This document shows, piece after piece, positions 1-9,015 of a stretch of 32,000 nucleotides of DNA. Made by a program: the position numbers and the translations under genes. How positions within the stretch are numbered: position 1 is the stretch's first letter; each line of letters starts with the position of its first letter. Where the stretch lies: positions 390,001 to 422,000 of the forward strand of contig NC_014408.1 in the NCBI RefSeq assembly GCF_000145295.1, given 5' to 3'. The stretch comes from Methanothermobacter marburgensis str. Marburg. Lineage in GTDB: Archaea > Methanobacteriota > Methanobacteria > Methanobacteriales > Methanothermobacteraceae. The notes beneath the pieces were generated by a model. The model did not search any database, had not been told where the DNA came from, and saw only the letters and a list, made by a program, of their open reading frames with translations.

Positions 1-2
1 GG

Positions 3-350
3 TTATGTAAGGAGATCCTTAACGCGTTCGGCACTTCTCCTCATCTCGATACGGATAAGACCAAGATTTATATCAACGTCGGTTATCAGTACAAGTATTC
101 CCTCCCCGGCGTCTATCATGAGGGTCTTACCCCGGGTACCCTCAATCATAACCTGTTCAAGGGGCTCATGCTTTATTTCCTCGGCGGACCTTTCTGCAGT
201 ACCGAAAACTGCTGAAGCCATTGCAGCGACCAGTTCCCCGTCTATGTCGGATGGAACCTCACTTTCGATTACAAGACCATCCTTACCAACAACGAGGGAA
301 CCATTTACCCCATTGATCCTACCTAAATCTTTAAGTATTCTTGCTATCAT
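3..350 (-). CDS. Roadblock/LC7 (MglB-like) domain protein, 115 aa
   Basis: ORF track 3..383(-). I moved the start to ATG 350..348 because GGAGG (complement of 357-361) lies 6 nt upstream, while the 383 start has no SD. The pattern [45 protein letters not shown] is typical of Roadblock/LC7 (recognised by eye). Confidence 0.75.
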   Translation of the reverse strand: MIARILKDLGRINGVNGSLVVGKDGLVIESEVPSDIDGELVAAMASAVFGTAERSAEEIKHEPLEQVMIEGTRGKTLMIDAGEGILVLITDVDINLGLIRIEMRRSAERVKDLLT

Positions 351-383
351 ACTATGCCTCCATAAACAGAGTATTCTACCCAA

Positions 384-398
384 AATATATATGCTTTA
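384..398 (-). promoter_or_regulatory. TATA-box-like element upstream of the Roadblock gene
   Basis: The minus strand reads aaagcatatatattt, centred ~40 nt upstream of ATG 350. Confidence 0.3.
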
Positions 399-478
399 AG
401 CATTTATTAATTAAATGAGTATGACTAACTAATTAACAGTTTCTATTTGATTCCAGCAAGTATTAAAGGAGTGATTAT

Positions 479-1531
479 TTGCACATATTATCTTCTGTTG
501 AGGAACTGAGGGAGCTGAATCCGTTTATAATCATTGGATGTGGCGGTGGAGGAGAAAAATTTGCAAATTTTGAGGGAGTCGAACCTGTCGGATTTGTTGA
601 CGATGACCCCAGAAAACATGGAAAGGACTTCTGCGGATTTAAGGTATCATCAAGCCTCCTTAAGCTTATAGATGAGACCGATGCAAGAAGTGTTGCAATA
701 ATGCTCCCCATAGGTGCAGAGGGCACCGCCCTCAAGTATGCTGTGCAGGCGATAAATGAGGGTAAAAATGTTGTGACCTCATTCAGATCACTCCCACTGG
801 CAGATAACACTTCCCTCATAAAATTTGCAGAGCAGATGAATGTAACAATCAAGGAGATAAGCCCCCGCCTTGACAACGTAAGGAAAATATTCGGGGTTGC
901 ACCCCCACGCTGCACAGAGGTACTCCCCAAGATAAAATACAGGCACAGGGCACCTGTGGTATTTGTTGGGGGCACCTCACAGGAGTGCGGCAAACGCACA
1001 ACCACAAGGCTTCTGGGAAAGGAGGCAAAGGAAAGGGGTCTTGAGGCGGGAGTTATCTCAACCGATGAGATGGGACTTGAACAGCCGGTTGACATAAATT
1101 TCCGGGCAGGGAGCCTCTCTGTTATGGACGTTGCAGCGGCTGTTATGGGTTCGGTGAAGTACCTTGAGGAGGAGAAGGATCCGGATATAATATTCATAGA
1201 GGGCCAGTCAAGCCTCACTGAAAGGAAAAACCCCCACCCGAGGGGTTTATCGGCCTCAATACTTATAGGGGCGATGCCCGACGTTACGGTGCTCTGTCAC
1301 AGGCCAAACCATCCCTACAGAAAACCAAGGGGGGTAAAGGAGGAGATAAGGGCCATAGAGGCAATCGAGCCAACGAGGGTTATAGGGATTTCCTTAAATT
1401 TAAGAAACATGAATGACAGATCAATAATGGAAAGGTATGAAGCACGGTTTGGGCTTCCTGTTGTTGATGTTAAGAATGGGGGGGCTTCAAGATTAATGGA
1501 TGTGATCATGGAGCACATAGGGGAGATTTAG
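479..1531 (+). CDS. DUF1611-like protein (Rossmann-like N-domain plus P-loop-like domain), 350 aa
   Basis: Long ORF with TTG start at 479 preceded by AAGGAGTGA (466-474). It has GCGGGG near the N-terminus and a P-loop-like [13 protein letters not shown] mid-protein. The family name is from memory of this motif layout. Confidence 0.6.
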   Translation: MHILSSVEELRELNPFIIIGCGGGGEKFANFEGVEPVGFVDDDPRKHGKDFCGFKVSSSLLKLIDETDARSVAIMLPIGAEGTALKYAVQAINEGKNVVTSFRSLPLADNTSLIKFAEQMNVTIKEISPRLDNVRKIFGVAPPRCTEVLPKIKYRHRAPVVFVGGTSQECGKRTTTRLLGKEAKERGLEAGVISTDEMGLEQPVDINFRAGSLSVMDVAAAVMGSVKYLEEEKDPDIIFIEGQSSLTERKNPHPRGLSASILIGAMPDVTVLCHRPNHPYRKPRGVKEEIRAIEAIEPTRVIGISLNLRNMNDRSIMERYEARFGLPVVDVKNGGASRLMDVIMEHIGEI

Positions 1532-1891
1532 TTGAGGGACATTCTCGAAATGCTGAAGAAAAGCGTGGGACTTGATGAGGAAGTTAAGGAACCTGAGGAG
1601 ACGGAAACCATAATAGTGCCGGAGCACTCCTTCTATGAGATCATTCTCCTGAAGGCAAAGTCCATTGGGGATGTGGACGATGCCCTCTCTCAGGTGACCG
1701 ATGAGAAGAATCCGGTTATACTTGATCTCACCGAGATCCAGAGAGATAATCCATCGGATTTCAAGACGGTGGGGGAACGCATAAAGGATCTCAGGGAGAA
1801 TCATGGTGCAGAGGCGATACTCCTCTGCAATAAGGAGAAGAATGTGGTGATAATAACTCCACGGGAAATTAAACTCATCAGAAAGGGGTAG
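1532..1891 (+). CDS. sepF: SepF-like cell division protein (FtsZ membrane anchor family), 119 aa
   Basis: TTG 1532 abuts the upstream stop TAG 1529-1531; an alternative ATG is at 1550. The core EIILLKAKSIGDVDDALSQV..KNPVILDLTEI.......ERIKDL....GAEAILLCNKEKNVVIITPREIKLI follows the SepF/DUF552 pattern (strand, helix, PVIL-L, ..ITP..I). A short N-terminal amphipathic segment MRDILEMLKKSVGL is consistent with a membrane-targeting helix. Confidence 0.65.
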   Translation: MRDILEMLKKSVGLDEEVKEPEETETIIVPEHSFYEIILLKAKSIGDVDDALSQVTDEKNPVILDLTEIQRDNPSDFKTVGERIKDLRENHGAEAILLCNKEKNVVIITPREIKLIRKG

Positions 1892-1898
1892 TGGACAT

Positions 1899-2996
1899 AT
1901 GGAGCTTCCGATAACCAAACCATCCAAGATTTCCTACGGCGATGAGATAGATTTCAGTGAACTTCTTGAAAAACTTGCCTCAGATGAATACAATGGATTC
2001 ATAAGGATTACCCATGCGTCCGATGAGGGCTACATTCTATTCAGGGATGGGGTACACGTTGCAGCGTCATACGACAGATTCATGAAGGAGGAAGCTCTTG
2101 AAAGGATAATGGAAGTGGCAGATAAGACAGATACCCTCATAGAACTCTTTGATCTTAAAAGATCACAGCTGGATTACCTCATGGATATAAACAGGATCTA
2201 CATAATAGAGCAAAGAGATGAGAGGGTAATCGAGCCTCAAACGGTGGAAGAGGAAGACTACTTCAATCCAAAGGAGGCAAGCTACAGACAGCCCATAACA
2301 GATGAAGAGACGCCCGAAACGTCTGAAATAGCCGTTGATACTTCCCCTGACATTGAAGATACTGAATTCACAGGTGCTCTGGAAGGTGAAGATGCAGAAT
2401 CAACTGAAACCCAATCAAAGCCTCAGGTAGATGTTACAGGAGAAGTTACTCAGGAACCCCAAACTTTAAAGACTGAAGAGTCCCCTGAAGTTCCCGTCGC
2501 TAATGAATCGACTGATGCTGACACTGAAAAGGAAGAGGAACTTGAGAATGAAGCTTCAGAATCCATGGATGTGACTGACTCCAAACCACTCAGCAGAGAC
2601 GAGCTCATGAAAAAATATGGCCTCAGGGATATAGGTGAAGAGGAGGTCGAAAAGGTCCTTGAGACATATAAGGGTGGCGCGATCACAGATATCGATCCTG
2701 AAAGGGTTGAACTGACCCTTATGAATAAAATAAAAATGTCTATACTTGGAATACCCCGTATAAAGGGTGCTGAGGTGATCGTTTTCCTTGACAACACATA
2801 TGACCTTAGTGGAAGGATCAAGATAATGGTTGAACATGAGGGTAAGGGTATCTTCTCAAGGATCATGGGGGATTCAAAGGAGGAGGAGAACCTCAAGTTT
2901 CATATAATGGATATTGTTGAGATGGAACTCAGGAAAACATTCAGGGATTTTCCTGAGATAGTGGATAACTTTGAGGTGAGTATTGAGGTTCGGTGA
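1899..2996 (+). CDS. Conserved hypothetical protein with two globular domains joined by a ~120-aa acidic Glu/Thr/Asp/Pro-rich linker (possibly DUF2226-type), 365 aa
   Basis: ATG 1899 lies 7 nt after the sepF stop. The N-terminal domain has NGFIRITHASDEGYILFRDGVHVAASYD. Residues ~105-225 are low-complexity and acidic. The C-terminal domain is globular. T5 (3002-3006) follows the stop. Confidence 0.6.
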   Translation: MELPITKPSKISYGDEIDFSELLEKLASDEYNGFIRITHASDEGYILFRDGVHVAASYDRFMKEEALERIMEVADKTDTLIELFDLKRSQLDYLMDINRIYIIEQRDERVIEPQTVEEEDYFNPKEASYRQPITDEETPETSEIAVDTSPDIEDTEFTGALEGEDAESTETQSKPQVDVTGEVTQEPQTLKTEESPEVPVANESTDADTEKEEELENEASESMDVTDSKPLSRDELMKKYGLRDIGEEEVEKVLETYKGGAITDIDPERVELTLMNKIKMSILGIPRIKGAEVIVFLDNTYDLSGRIKIMVEHEGKGIFSRIMGDSKEEENLKFHIMDIVEMELRKTFRDFPEIVDNFEVSIEVR

Positions 2997-3021
2997 TCTG
3001 CTTTTTGCTGTACTGGACATC

Positions 3022-3034
3022 AATATTTATATTA
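3022..3034 (+). promoter_or_regulatory. TATA-box-like element upstream of minD
   Basis: aatatttatatta lies ~40 nt before ATG 3069, downstream of the T5 tract that follows the preceding gene. Confidence 0.35.
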
Positions 3035-3068
3035 GGATGACTGTTATTATCTATGTGGAGGTATTGGA

Positions 3069-3848
3069 ATGACAAGAGTGATTACAGTCGCATCAGGTAA
3101 GGGAGGTGTGGGGAAGACAACCATCACTGCTAACCTGGGTGTTGCCCTCTCAACCTACGGTGAAAGGGTTGTTGTGCTTGACGCTGATATAGCAATGGCA
3201 AACCTTGAACTCATCCTGGGGATGGAGGGAAAATCCGTCACACTTCATGATGTTCTCGCAGGTAACGCTTCAATTGAGGACGCGGTTTATGAGGGTCCCA
3301 ATGGCGTGAGGGTGGTACCTGCCGGTATATCACTTGAGGGGCTCAGAAACGTTAAACTTGACCGCCTTGAGGATGCCCTTGCATACCTCATAGAGGATAC
3401 TGATATACTCCTTATAGATGCTCCTGCAGGTCTTGAGAAGGACGCTGTTGCCGCACTTGCAGCTGCAGATGAACTTCTGCTTGTCACAACACCCGAGGTG
3501 CCATCAATAAGTGACGCCCTCAAAACAAAGATCGTCGCAAGTAAACTTGGCATCAACATAATAGGTGTTGTCATAAACCGTGAGCAGTACGATAAAACCT
3601 TCCTGAGTGTTGAGGAGGTTGAGACAATACTTGAGGTTCCTGTTATTGCGGTGATACCTGATGATCCCGAGGTGAGCAGGGCAGCAGCCTTTGGTGAGCC
3701 CATAGTCATTAAGAATCCAAAGTCACCTGCAAGCAATTCCCTGATGAAACTTGCAGCGGACCTCATCGGTGAGGACTATCAGCCAATAGAACCAGACAAG
3801 CAGGGTGTTATCGCCAAACTCATAAGCGGTTTGATGGGGCGAAGGTGA
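3069..3848 (+). CDS. minD: MinD/ParA-family ATPase (archaeal MinD-like), 259 aa
   Basis: Deviant Walker [11 protein letters not shown] at the N-terminus, VLDAD Walker A' and LLIDAPAG Walker B. GGAGG (3057-3061) sits 7 nt before ATG 3069. Confidence 0.85.
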   Translation: MTRVITVASGKGGVGKTTITANLGVALSTYGERVVVLDADIAMANLELILGMEGKSVTLHDVLAGNASIEDAVYEGPNGVRVVPAGISLEGLRNVKLDRLEDALAYLIEDTDILLIDAPAGLEKDAVAALAAADELLLVTTPEVPSISDALKTKIVASKLGINIIGVVINREQYDKTFLSVEEVETILEVPVIAVIPDDPEVSRAAAFGEPIVIKNPKSPASNSLMKLAADLIGEDYQPIEPDKQGVIAKLISGLMGRR

Positions 3849-3870
3849 TCACCCCCGGTGATTTATTTTG

Positions 3871-4704
3871 ATGAGTGTTGTCAGTGTTGGAACCTGCAAC
3901 ATGGATTTTATTTTTCGGGTGCCAAGATTCGTTGAACCAGACTCTGAGATGAACATAGAAGATTTAAATGTCATTCCAGGGGGGTCCGCGTTCAACTTTG
4001 CCGTCTGGATCTCCCACCTTGGATTTAAGGCCGGGGTTGTGTCATCGGTGGGCAGGGATGTTTACGGGGACATGATAACATCCCTTCTGGAATTCAGGGG
4101 AGTTGATACATCCTTCATATCAAGGCAGGGTGAAAAAACTGGTATGGCCTTCATATCAGTGGATGATACTGGAAGGAGGTCCATTTACTCCTACATGGGT
4201 GCAAACGCCAGTCTAAAGATTGGTGAGGCAGAATCAGAATATATAATGGCTGCAGATGCAGTTCATCTCAGCGGCTGCTACCTTGAGGTTGCCAGTGCGG
4301 TTTCAGGTATCAGGAACGTCTCCTTCAGCCCAGGCACACTCCTGGCATCATATGGCATTGAAAGGCTTTCAGGTGTTCTTGAGAGAACCAGCATAATATT
4401 CCTTAATGATGATGAGCTTGAGATGCTAACCGGCTCCGGGAGGTCAGGGATTGAAAGACTTCTTGAGGCCGGGGTCGGGAACGTTGTTGTGACCCATGGA
4501 CCCAGAGGGGCATCCTTCTTTTCAGAGGACCACTCAGAGACCCTGGAAATTGAGGCTGAGGATGCGCTGGATACCACTGGGGCAGGGGACGCCTTTGCAG
4601 CGGGTTTTATGTCAATGTGGCTTAGAGGTTCAGAGCCAGCTGAGTGCCTGAGAAACGGTCACAGGGTGGCACGCAGGGTGATTTCAAGGATTGGCGCATT
4701 TTAG
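3871..4704 (+). CDS. PfkB-family carbohydrate/nucleoside kinase, 277 aa
   Basis: C-terminal PfkB signature DTTGAGDAFAAGF and a ribokinase-like N-terminal GG dipeptide region (IPGGSAFN). GGTGAT (3857-3862) lies 8 nt before ATG 3871; TTG 3868 is an alternative start. Confidence 0.8.
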   Translation: MSVVSVGTCNMDFIFRVPRFVEPDSEMNIEDLNVIPGGSAFNFAVWISHLGFKAGVVSSVGRDVYGDMITSLLEFRGVDTSFISRQGEKTGMAFISVDDTGRRSIYSYMGANASLKIGEAESEYIMAADAVHLSGCYLEVASAVSGIRNVSFSPGTLLASYGIERLSGVLERTSIIFLNDDELEMLTGSGRSGIERLLEAGVGNVVVTHGPRGASFFSEDHSETLEIEAEDALDTTGAGDAFAAGFMSMWLRGSEPAECLRNGHRVARRVISRIGAF

Positions 4705-5466
4705 ATTGGGCTGATTTTAAGGAGATCCCTTATGTTTCCATCAGAAACCCGCCTTATGTCACTGCGGCTGAAACCCTCCATCTTCATTCTCTGAACCGTT
4801 CTTGGAACTGAAAGGGGATCAGATGGCGCTGAGCTCATGTCACTGTTAAGTACAAACCTGTCTGTCCAATATTCACGCAGAATTTCAACGGCTTCTTCTG
4901 GCGTGAGCTTTTCAGGTGGCACAGTCAGTCCCAAGCATGCATTCAGTTTCCACAAGCTCCGGGAGAACCTCCATGTTAACATGTTCAACCACCACCATGG
5001 ACTCATCGATTGTACCGTCGATTACATCCATTATCTGGGGGGTAACATCGGCCTTTTCTCTCCTTGGGGTGTGGACAATCACAGGGTAATCAAGCTCATC
5101 AGCCACTTTTAGCTGGGATTTAAAGACATCCTTTTCAATGTCTGAACCAGAGTCAAGACCCACCTCACCAACAGCAACCACAGACGGATTTTTGAGGAGA
5201 TCTGGGAGTTTTTCAATCACCCTTTCAGGGTCGCTGGGTATTGCACGGGGGTGTATTCCAAGGGCCGTATAGACTTTTAACCCGTTGCGGGCGGCCCTCT
5301 CAGGGTCCACTGTTAGTAGTCTCCTGAAATGCGCCATGACAACATCCGATGATGTCATCTCCAGGGGGTCATGGGCACAGGTAAGGGCCCCCTCTATGCC
5401 ACTCACAGCCATTAGCTCAAAATCTTCAAAGGGTCTCGTATCCGCATGTATATGGCTATCTATCAG
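4701..5466 (-). pseudogene. TatD-family metal-dependent hydrolase, interrupted by a 1-nt frame break and lacking a canonical start
   Basis: ORFs 4912..5412(-) and 4701..5006(-) are the two halves. Frame A reads ..VVEHVNMEVLPELVETECMLG then stops. Frame B resumes LGLTVPPEKLTPEEAVEILREY.. at the same nucleotides (GGG run 4930-4932). The amidohydrolase HxH motif (LIDSHIHAD) lies in frame upstream of the first ATG (5412). No ATG/GTG/TTG occurs before the upstream stop TAG (5488-5490). GGAGG (5474-5478) sits 7 nt before CTG 5466..5464. Confidence 0.6.
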
Positions 5467-5556
5467 TTCAAATCCTCCTTTAAACCACTACAACTGTAAA
5501 TTACTCAATAAAATATTTAAAATCTGATGAATATAAAGACATAAGGAGGCTGTTTG

Positions 5557-6405
5557 ATGTACAAAGAGAGGCTCACTGACGTATACGAATATCTCTATGA
5601 GGATCTTCAGTTCATCCTCAAATCCAGCATAAGGTTCAGGATAATGGTTTCGCTTCTCAGGTCACCGAAAACCTTTGATGAGATTAAAGGGGAAGTTAAG
5701 GTGAGCCTTCCAGCACTTTACAGTAACATAAAATTACTTCTTGAGGAGGGGGCCATCACCAGGAGGGGGAACTCTTACAGCCTTACATCAGAGGCAACCC
5801 TCAAGACCCTCTCAGCACTGAAATTGATGAACTCTGTGAGGGTTATGAATGGATTTGATGAAATGTGGCTGAATCATGATATCAGCGGGATTCCTGAATA
5901 CCTCATTGAGGATATTGACTGGCTCATAAATTCTGAACTCATCAGGTCAGCACCTGAGGATATATACAGGCCCCAAAACACCTACAGAAGACTTATATTG
6001 GATTCTGAGGAGGTTTATGGCGTATCCCCCATCTCTCACAGGGACCTGGTTGATATCTATGAGGGGTTCCTGGAAAGGGGGGTTCCTGTTGAACTTGTCC
6101 TCACAGATGGCGTGATACGGGAGATGGTTTTAAATGCAAGTTTCGGGCTCCTCAGGACTGCAATTAAGAACAGAAACCTTAAGGTTCTCCGATTTCAGGG
6201 CTCATTGAAGATTGCGTTCACGGTGACCGATAAGTTCCTCTCACTGGGTCTTTTTGATAGCAGAGGATTTTATGACCAGAACAGGGATATCATGAGTACT
6301 GACAGTAGAGCCATTGAGTGGGGCTTCCGGCTCTATGAACATTACAGGGAGAGATCTGAAAAGCTTGGCATCAGAAACCTGACTGGAATAATGTTATCAA
6401 TGTAG
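5557..6405 (+). CDS. Winged-helix transcriptional regulator with DUF1724/FilR1-type C-terminal domain, 282 aa
   Basis: ArsR-like wHTH near the N-terminus (SPKTFDEIKGEVKVSLPALYSNIKLLLEEGAITRRGNSYSLT) followed by a ~190-aa C-terminal domain. GGAGG (5546-5550) lies 6 nt before ATG 5557; TTG 5554 is less likely. Confidence 0.7.
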   Translation: MYKERLTDVYEYLYEDLQFILKSSIRFRIMVSLLRSPKTFDEIKGEVKVSLPALYSNIKLLLEEGAITRRGNSYSLTSEATLKTLSALKLMNSVRVMNGFDEMWLNHDISGIPEYLIEDIDWLINSELIRSAPEDIYRPQNTYRRLILDSEEVYGVSPISHRDLVDIYEGFLERGVPVELVLTDGVIREMVLNASFGLLRTAIKNRNLKVLRFQGSLKIAFTVTDKFLSLGLFDSRGFYDQNRDIMSTDSRAIEWGFRLYEHYRERSEKLGIRNLTGIMLSM

Positions 6406-6415
6406 GGGGCAGAGG

Positions 6416-7303
6416 ATGGAACTTAACAGTGATTTTAACCTACTTTCAGGGTTTTCGGATGACATTCATGATTTGCTTGCTGAGATCAGATTTATAGCAG
6501 GATCCCGGGTGCGATCAGGTGTAATACTCAATCTTATGGACGGAGAAAAAAGGGTTTCTGAGATCAGGGACATCATAAGGACCTCAAATTCAGCCACCAC
6601 ACATGCACTCATGGAGCTGGAGGAAAGGAGGCTGGTGGAGAGGTCCTCAGATACATGCAGACTAACTTCAAAGGGAAAGCTTATGGGAATCACCCTATCA
6701 AAATTTATGAACTCAATGGATGCTGTGAGGCTTCACAGGGAATTCTGGAACAAACATTCAATTGGATCAATTCCAGCGCGGTTCCTCATGGACATAAACG
6801 TCTTTAGGGACGCCTACATTGTTGAGGCAACACCAGATGACCTCCAGAGACCATACACAACCTACCTTGAGATGCTGGATAACGCCACCCGCCTCAGGGC
6901 AATGCTTTCATCCTGCCTTCCCAGGCACACAGAATCAATAGCAGGGTTCGTTGAAACTGGCGGAAGGGTGGAGCTCATACTGACACCTAACACATATCAT
7001 GTTTTTCTTGGGGAGTCTGGCTTAATGAACCTCCATGAACTCATGGATTCAGATTTACTGAGAATTGGTGTTCTCCCTGAGAATCAGGAGATCTCGTACC
7101 TGATATCTGACACTTTTTTCTCAATGAGCCTCTTTAAAAGGGATGGCTTTGATTCATCAAAAACGGAAATCCTGTTGGGTCATGGGGATGAGATTCTCCA
7201 GTGGGGGAACAGTCTGTTTGATTACCACTGGAGCCTCTCATCGGTACTGGACAGTGAATCTCTGGGCAGCGTCAGGGAGACCCCGCTTCCTCTGGAGGAG
7301 TAG
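6416..7303 (+). CDS. Winged-helix transcriptional regulator, paralog of the upstream gene (DUF1724/FilR1-type), 295 aa
   Basis: Same architecture as 5557..6405: wHTH (GEKRVSEIRDIIRTSNSATTHALMELEERRLVERSSDTCRLTSKG) plus a C-terminal domain with matching landmarks (FW..H.I..IP, VELILT). It starts 10 nt after the upstream stop. Confidence 0.7.
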   Translation: MELNSDFNLLSGFSDDIHDLLAEIRFIAGSRVRSGVILNLMDGEKRVSEIRDIIRTSNSATTHALMELEERRLVERSSDTCRLTSKGKLMGITLSKFMNSMDAVRLHREFWNKHSIGSIPARFLMDINVFRDAYIVEATPDDLQRPYTTYLEMLDNATRLRAMLSSCLPRHTESIAGFVETGGRVELILTPNTYHVFLGESGLMNLHELMDSDLLRIGVLPENQEISYLISDTFFSMSLFKRDGFDSSKTEILLGHGDEILQWGNSLFDYHWSLSSVLDSESLGSVRETPLPLEE

Positions 7304-7305
7304 TT

Positions 7306-9000
7306 TCAGGATTTTATAAATTCCTCTAACTTTGAATCCAGTTCCTCAATCTTCAACCTTATCTGACTGCAGTCATCCCTGCTCCTGAGGGTCACTGTTC
7401 CATCCTCAAGGGTTTCATGGTCCACTGTAACCGCAAATGGAACCCCTATTTCATCTGAACGGGCATACCTTCTCCCTATGGTCCCTGAGGAGTCAAATTC
7501 AGCTATGAACCCTGATTTTCTGAGCTTTCTTTTTATTTCAAGGGCAACCTCAACCATTTCTTTCTTGTTTACAAGGGGGAACACGCTGACCTCCACCGGC
7601 GCAACATGGGGTGGGAGTCGGAAGTAGGTCCTGTCATCTTCATCCACAAGGGAATGGAGGAGAAGGGTGTAGATTATTCTGTCTATACCGAATGATGGCT
7701 CTATGACATGTGGATAGACCTTTTCTCCTGTCACAACTTCCTCCACATCCTCAAAGGTGACATCATCTGGCAGTATTTCGAATTCACCGTCAAGGATGAA
7801 TTTGCCCTCATTCCTGAGTGCTTTTTCCACTTCATCAGCTTCAATTTCACTGAGTGCCTGGGCTATCCTTGCAGCGTCCTTGCGGAACCTTGGACCGAGT
7901 CTGCCCATGTCAGGTTTAACAGCGCGCCTTTTAATTTTCTTTGGTTTTTCGTATTCTATGAAAACCCTTAGGTCCTCGCCGCTGTACTGGCTGTGGGATT
8001 TTAGATCATAGTCTGTCCTGTCGGCTATCCCTATAATCTCTATCCAGCCATAGGAATCTGTGAATGCCTCAACGTCCCAGCAGTCAATTGCATAGTGGGC
8101 CATTTCAGAGGGAAGGTGCTGCCTGAACCTCAGGGCATCCTCGGGTATTCCTATATCTGTGAGGAACCTCTTTGCAAGGCAGAGGTGGTATGTCAGTATT
8201 TCACTTGATACAATGCCCTTTTCAACTGCTTCAGCAGCGGTCATCTCAGAGGGCTCTGAACCATCAAGCTGGTCATCTGCAGAATATAATCTGAGTTTAT
8301 CCCCTTTAACAGTATCAAAATCAGGGTGTGACTTGTCTTCAGGGTTGACGAATATCTCTGCCTCTGCCTGTGTGAACTCACGGAGCCTTATAACACCCTG
8401 TCTGGGTGATATCTCATTGCGGTATGATTTGCCCAGCTGAACAACGCCGAATGGCAGGCGGTTTCTGAAGAACCTCAGAAGCCTCTTGAAGGGTATGAAT
8501 ATCCCCTGGGCAGTGTCAAGTGTGAGGTACCCTGTTTTTTTTCCTTTAGCCCCTATCAGGGTCTGGAACATGAGGTTGTAGCTCCATACATGGGTGAGGT
8601 GTCCACCACACCTCGGGCACCTTATAGCCTCATCTGATATGATCTCTGTAAGCTCCTGGTTTTCGAGGCCCTCAACATCCCTTCCTGTTGCATCCTCGAT
8701 TATGTGGTCGGCCCTGTAGACATCCATGCACTCCTTGCACTGGGTCATTGGGTCATTGAAGTGGTCAACGTGTCCTGATGCCTTGAGGGCCTCCTCTGGC
8801 ATTATGGTGGGGGACTCTATTTCATAGAAGCCCTCCCTGACCACATAGAATTCACGCCACCTGTTCATTATCTTGTTCTTGAGTGTTGCTCCAAGTGGTC
8901 CGTAATCCACGAAACCTGCCACACCTGAGTAGATTTCAAATGAAGACCACAGGAAACCTCTCTTCCTTGCAACGGTCATTGTCTTTTCATGATTCAACAT
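7306..9000 (-). CDS. glyS: Glycine--tRNA ligase (archaeal/eukaryotic-type class II), 564 aa
   Basis: N-terminal KRGFLWSSFEIYSGVAGFVDYGPLG and DTAQGIF, a Cys cluster (CKEC..CPRCGG), and a C-terminal anticodon-binding domain (GRRYARSDEIGVPFAVTVD). I prefer ATG 9000 because GGAGTGATC (complement of 9001-9009) lies directly upstream. The track start GTG 9006 overlaps that SD. Confidence 0.9.
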   Translation of the reverse strand: MLNHEKTMTVARKRGFLWSSFEIYSGVAGFVDYGPLGATLKNKIMNRWREFYVVREGFYEIESPTIMPEEALKASGHVDHFNDPMTQCKECMDVYRADHIIEDATGRDVEGLENQELTEIISDEAIRCPRCGGHLTHVWSYNLMFQTLIGAKGKKTGYLTLDTAQGIFIPFKRLLRFFRNRLPFGVVQLGKSYRNEISPRQGVIRLREFTQAEAEIFVNPEDKSHPDFDTVKGDKLRLYSADDQLDGSEPSEMTAAEAVEKGIVSSEILTYHLCLAKRFLTDIGIPEDALRFRQHLPSEMAHYAIDCWDVEAFTDSYGWIEIIGIADRTDYDLKSHSQYSGEDLRVFIEYEKPKKIKRRAVKPDMGRLGPRFRKDAARIAQALSEIEADEVEKALRNEGKFILDGEFEILPDDVTFEDVEEVVTGEKVYPHVIEPSFGIDRIIYTLLLHSLVDEDDRTYFRLPPHVAPVEVSVFPLVNKKEMVEVALEIKRKLRKSGFIAEFDSSGTIGRRYARSDEIGVPFAVTVDHETLEDGTVTLRSRDDCSQIRLKIEELDSKLEEFIKS

Positions 9001-9015
9001 GATCACTCCTTTTCA

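Noticed and set aside
475-1218. Long antisense ORFs opposite real genes. Examples: 475..1218(-), 3287..3766(-), 9631..10161(+), 10605..11039(+), 13685..13987(-), 22664..23095(+), 24678..25187(-), 25921..26463(-), 27581..28012(-), 28786..29256(-), 31053..31580(-).
   Set aside because: Each lies fully inside a gene with clear family motifs on the other strand. Their translations are Ser/Pro/Leu-rich low-complexity strings with no motifs or SDs; these are typical shadow ORFs.
3844-3853. Perfect 10-nt palindrome GGTGATCACC spanning the minD stop.
   Set aside because: It is explained by the SD-like GGTGATC consensus overlapping the stop codon. It is too short to call a regulatory site.
4701-4704. 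Convergent stop codons of the PfkB kinase (TAG 4702-4704) and the TatD-like gene (TAA on minus, 4701-4703) overlap by 2 nt. The second wHTH regulator and glyS stops are only 2 nt apart (7303/7306).
   Set aside because: Tight convergent packing is ordinary for this compact genome. It is noted only as context for the junction-duplication pattern.
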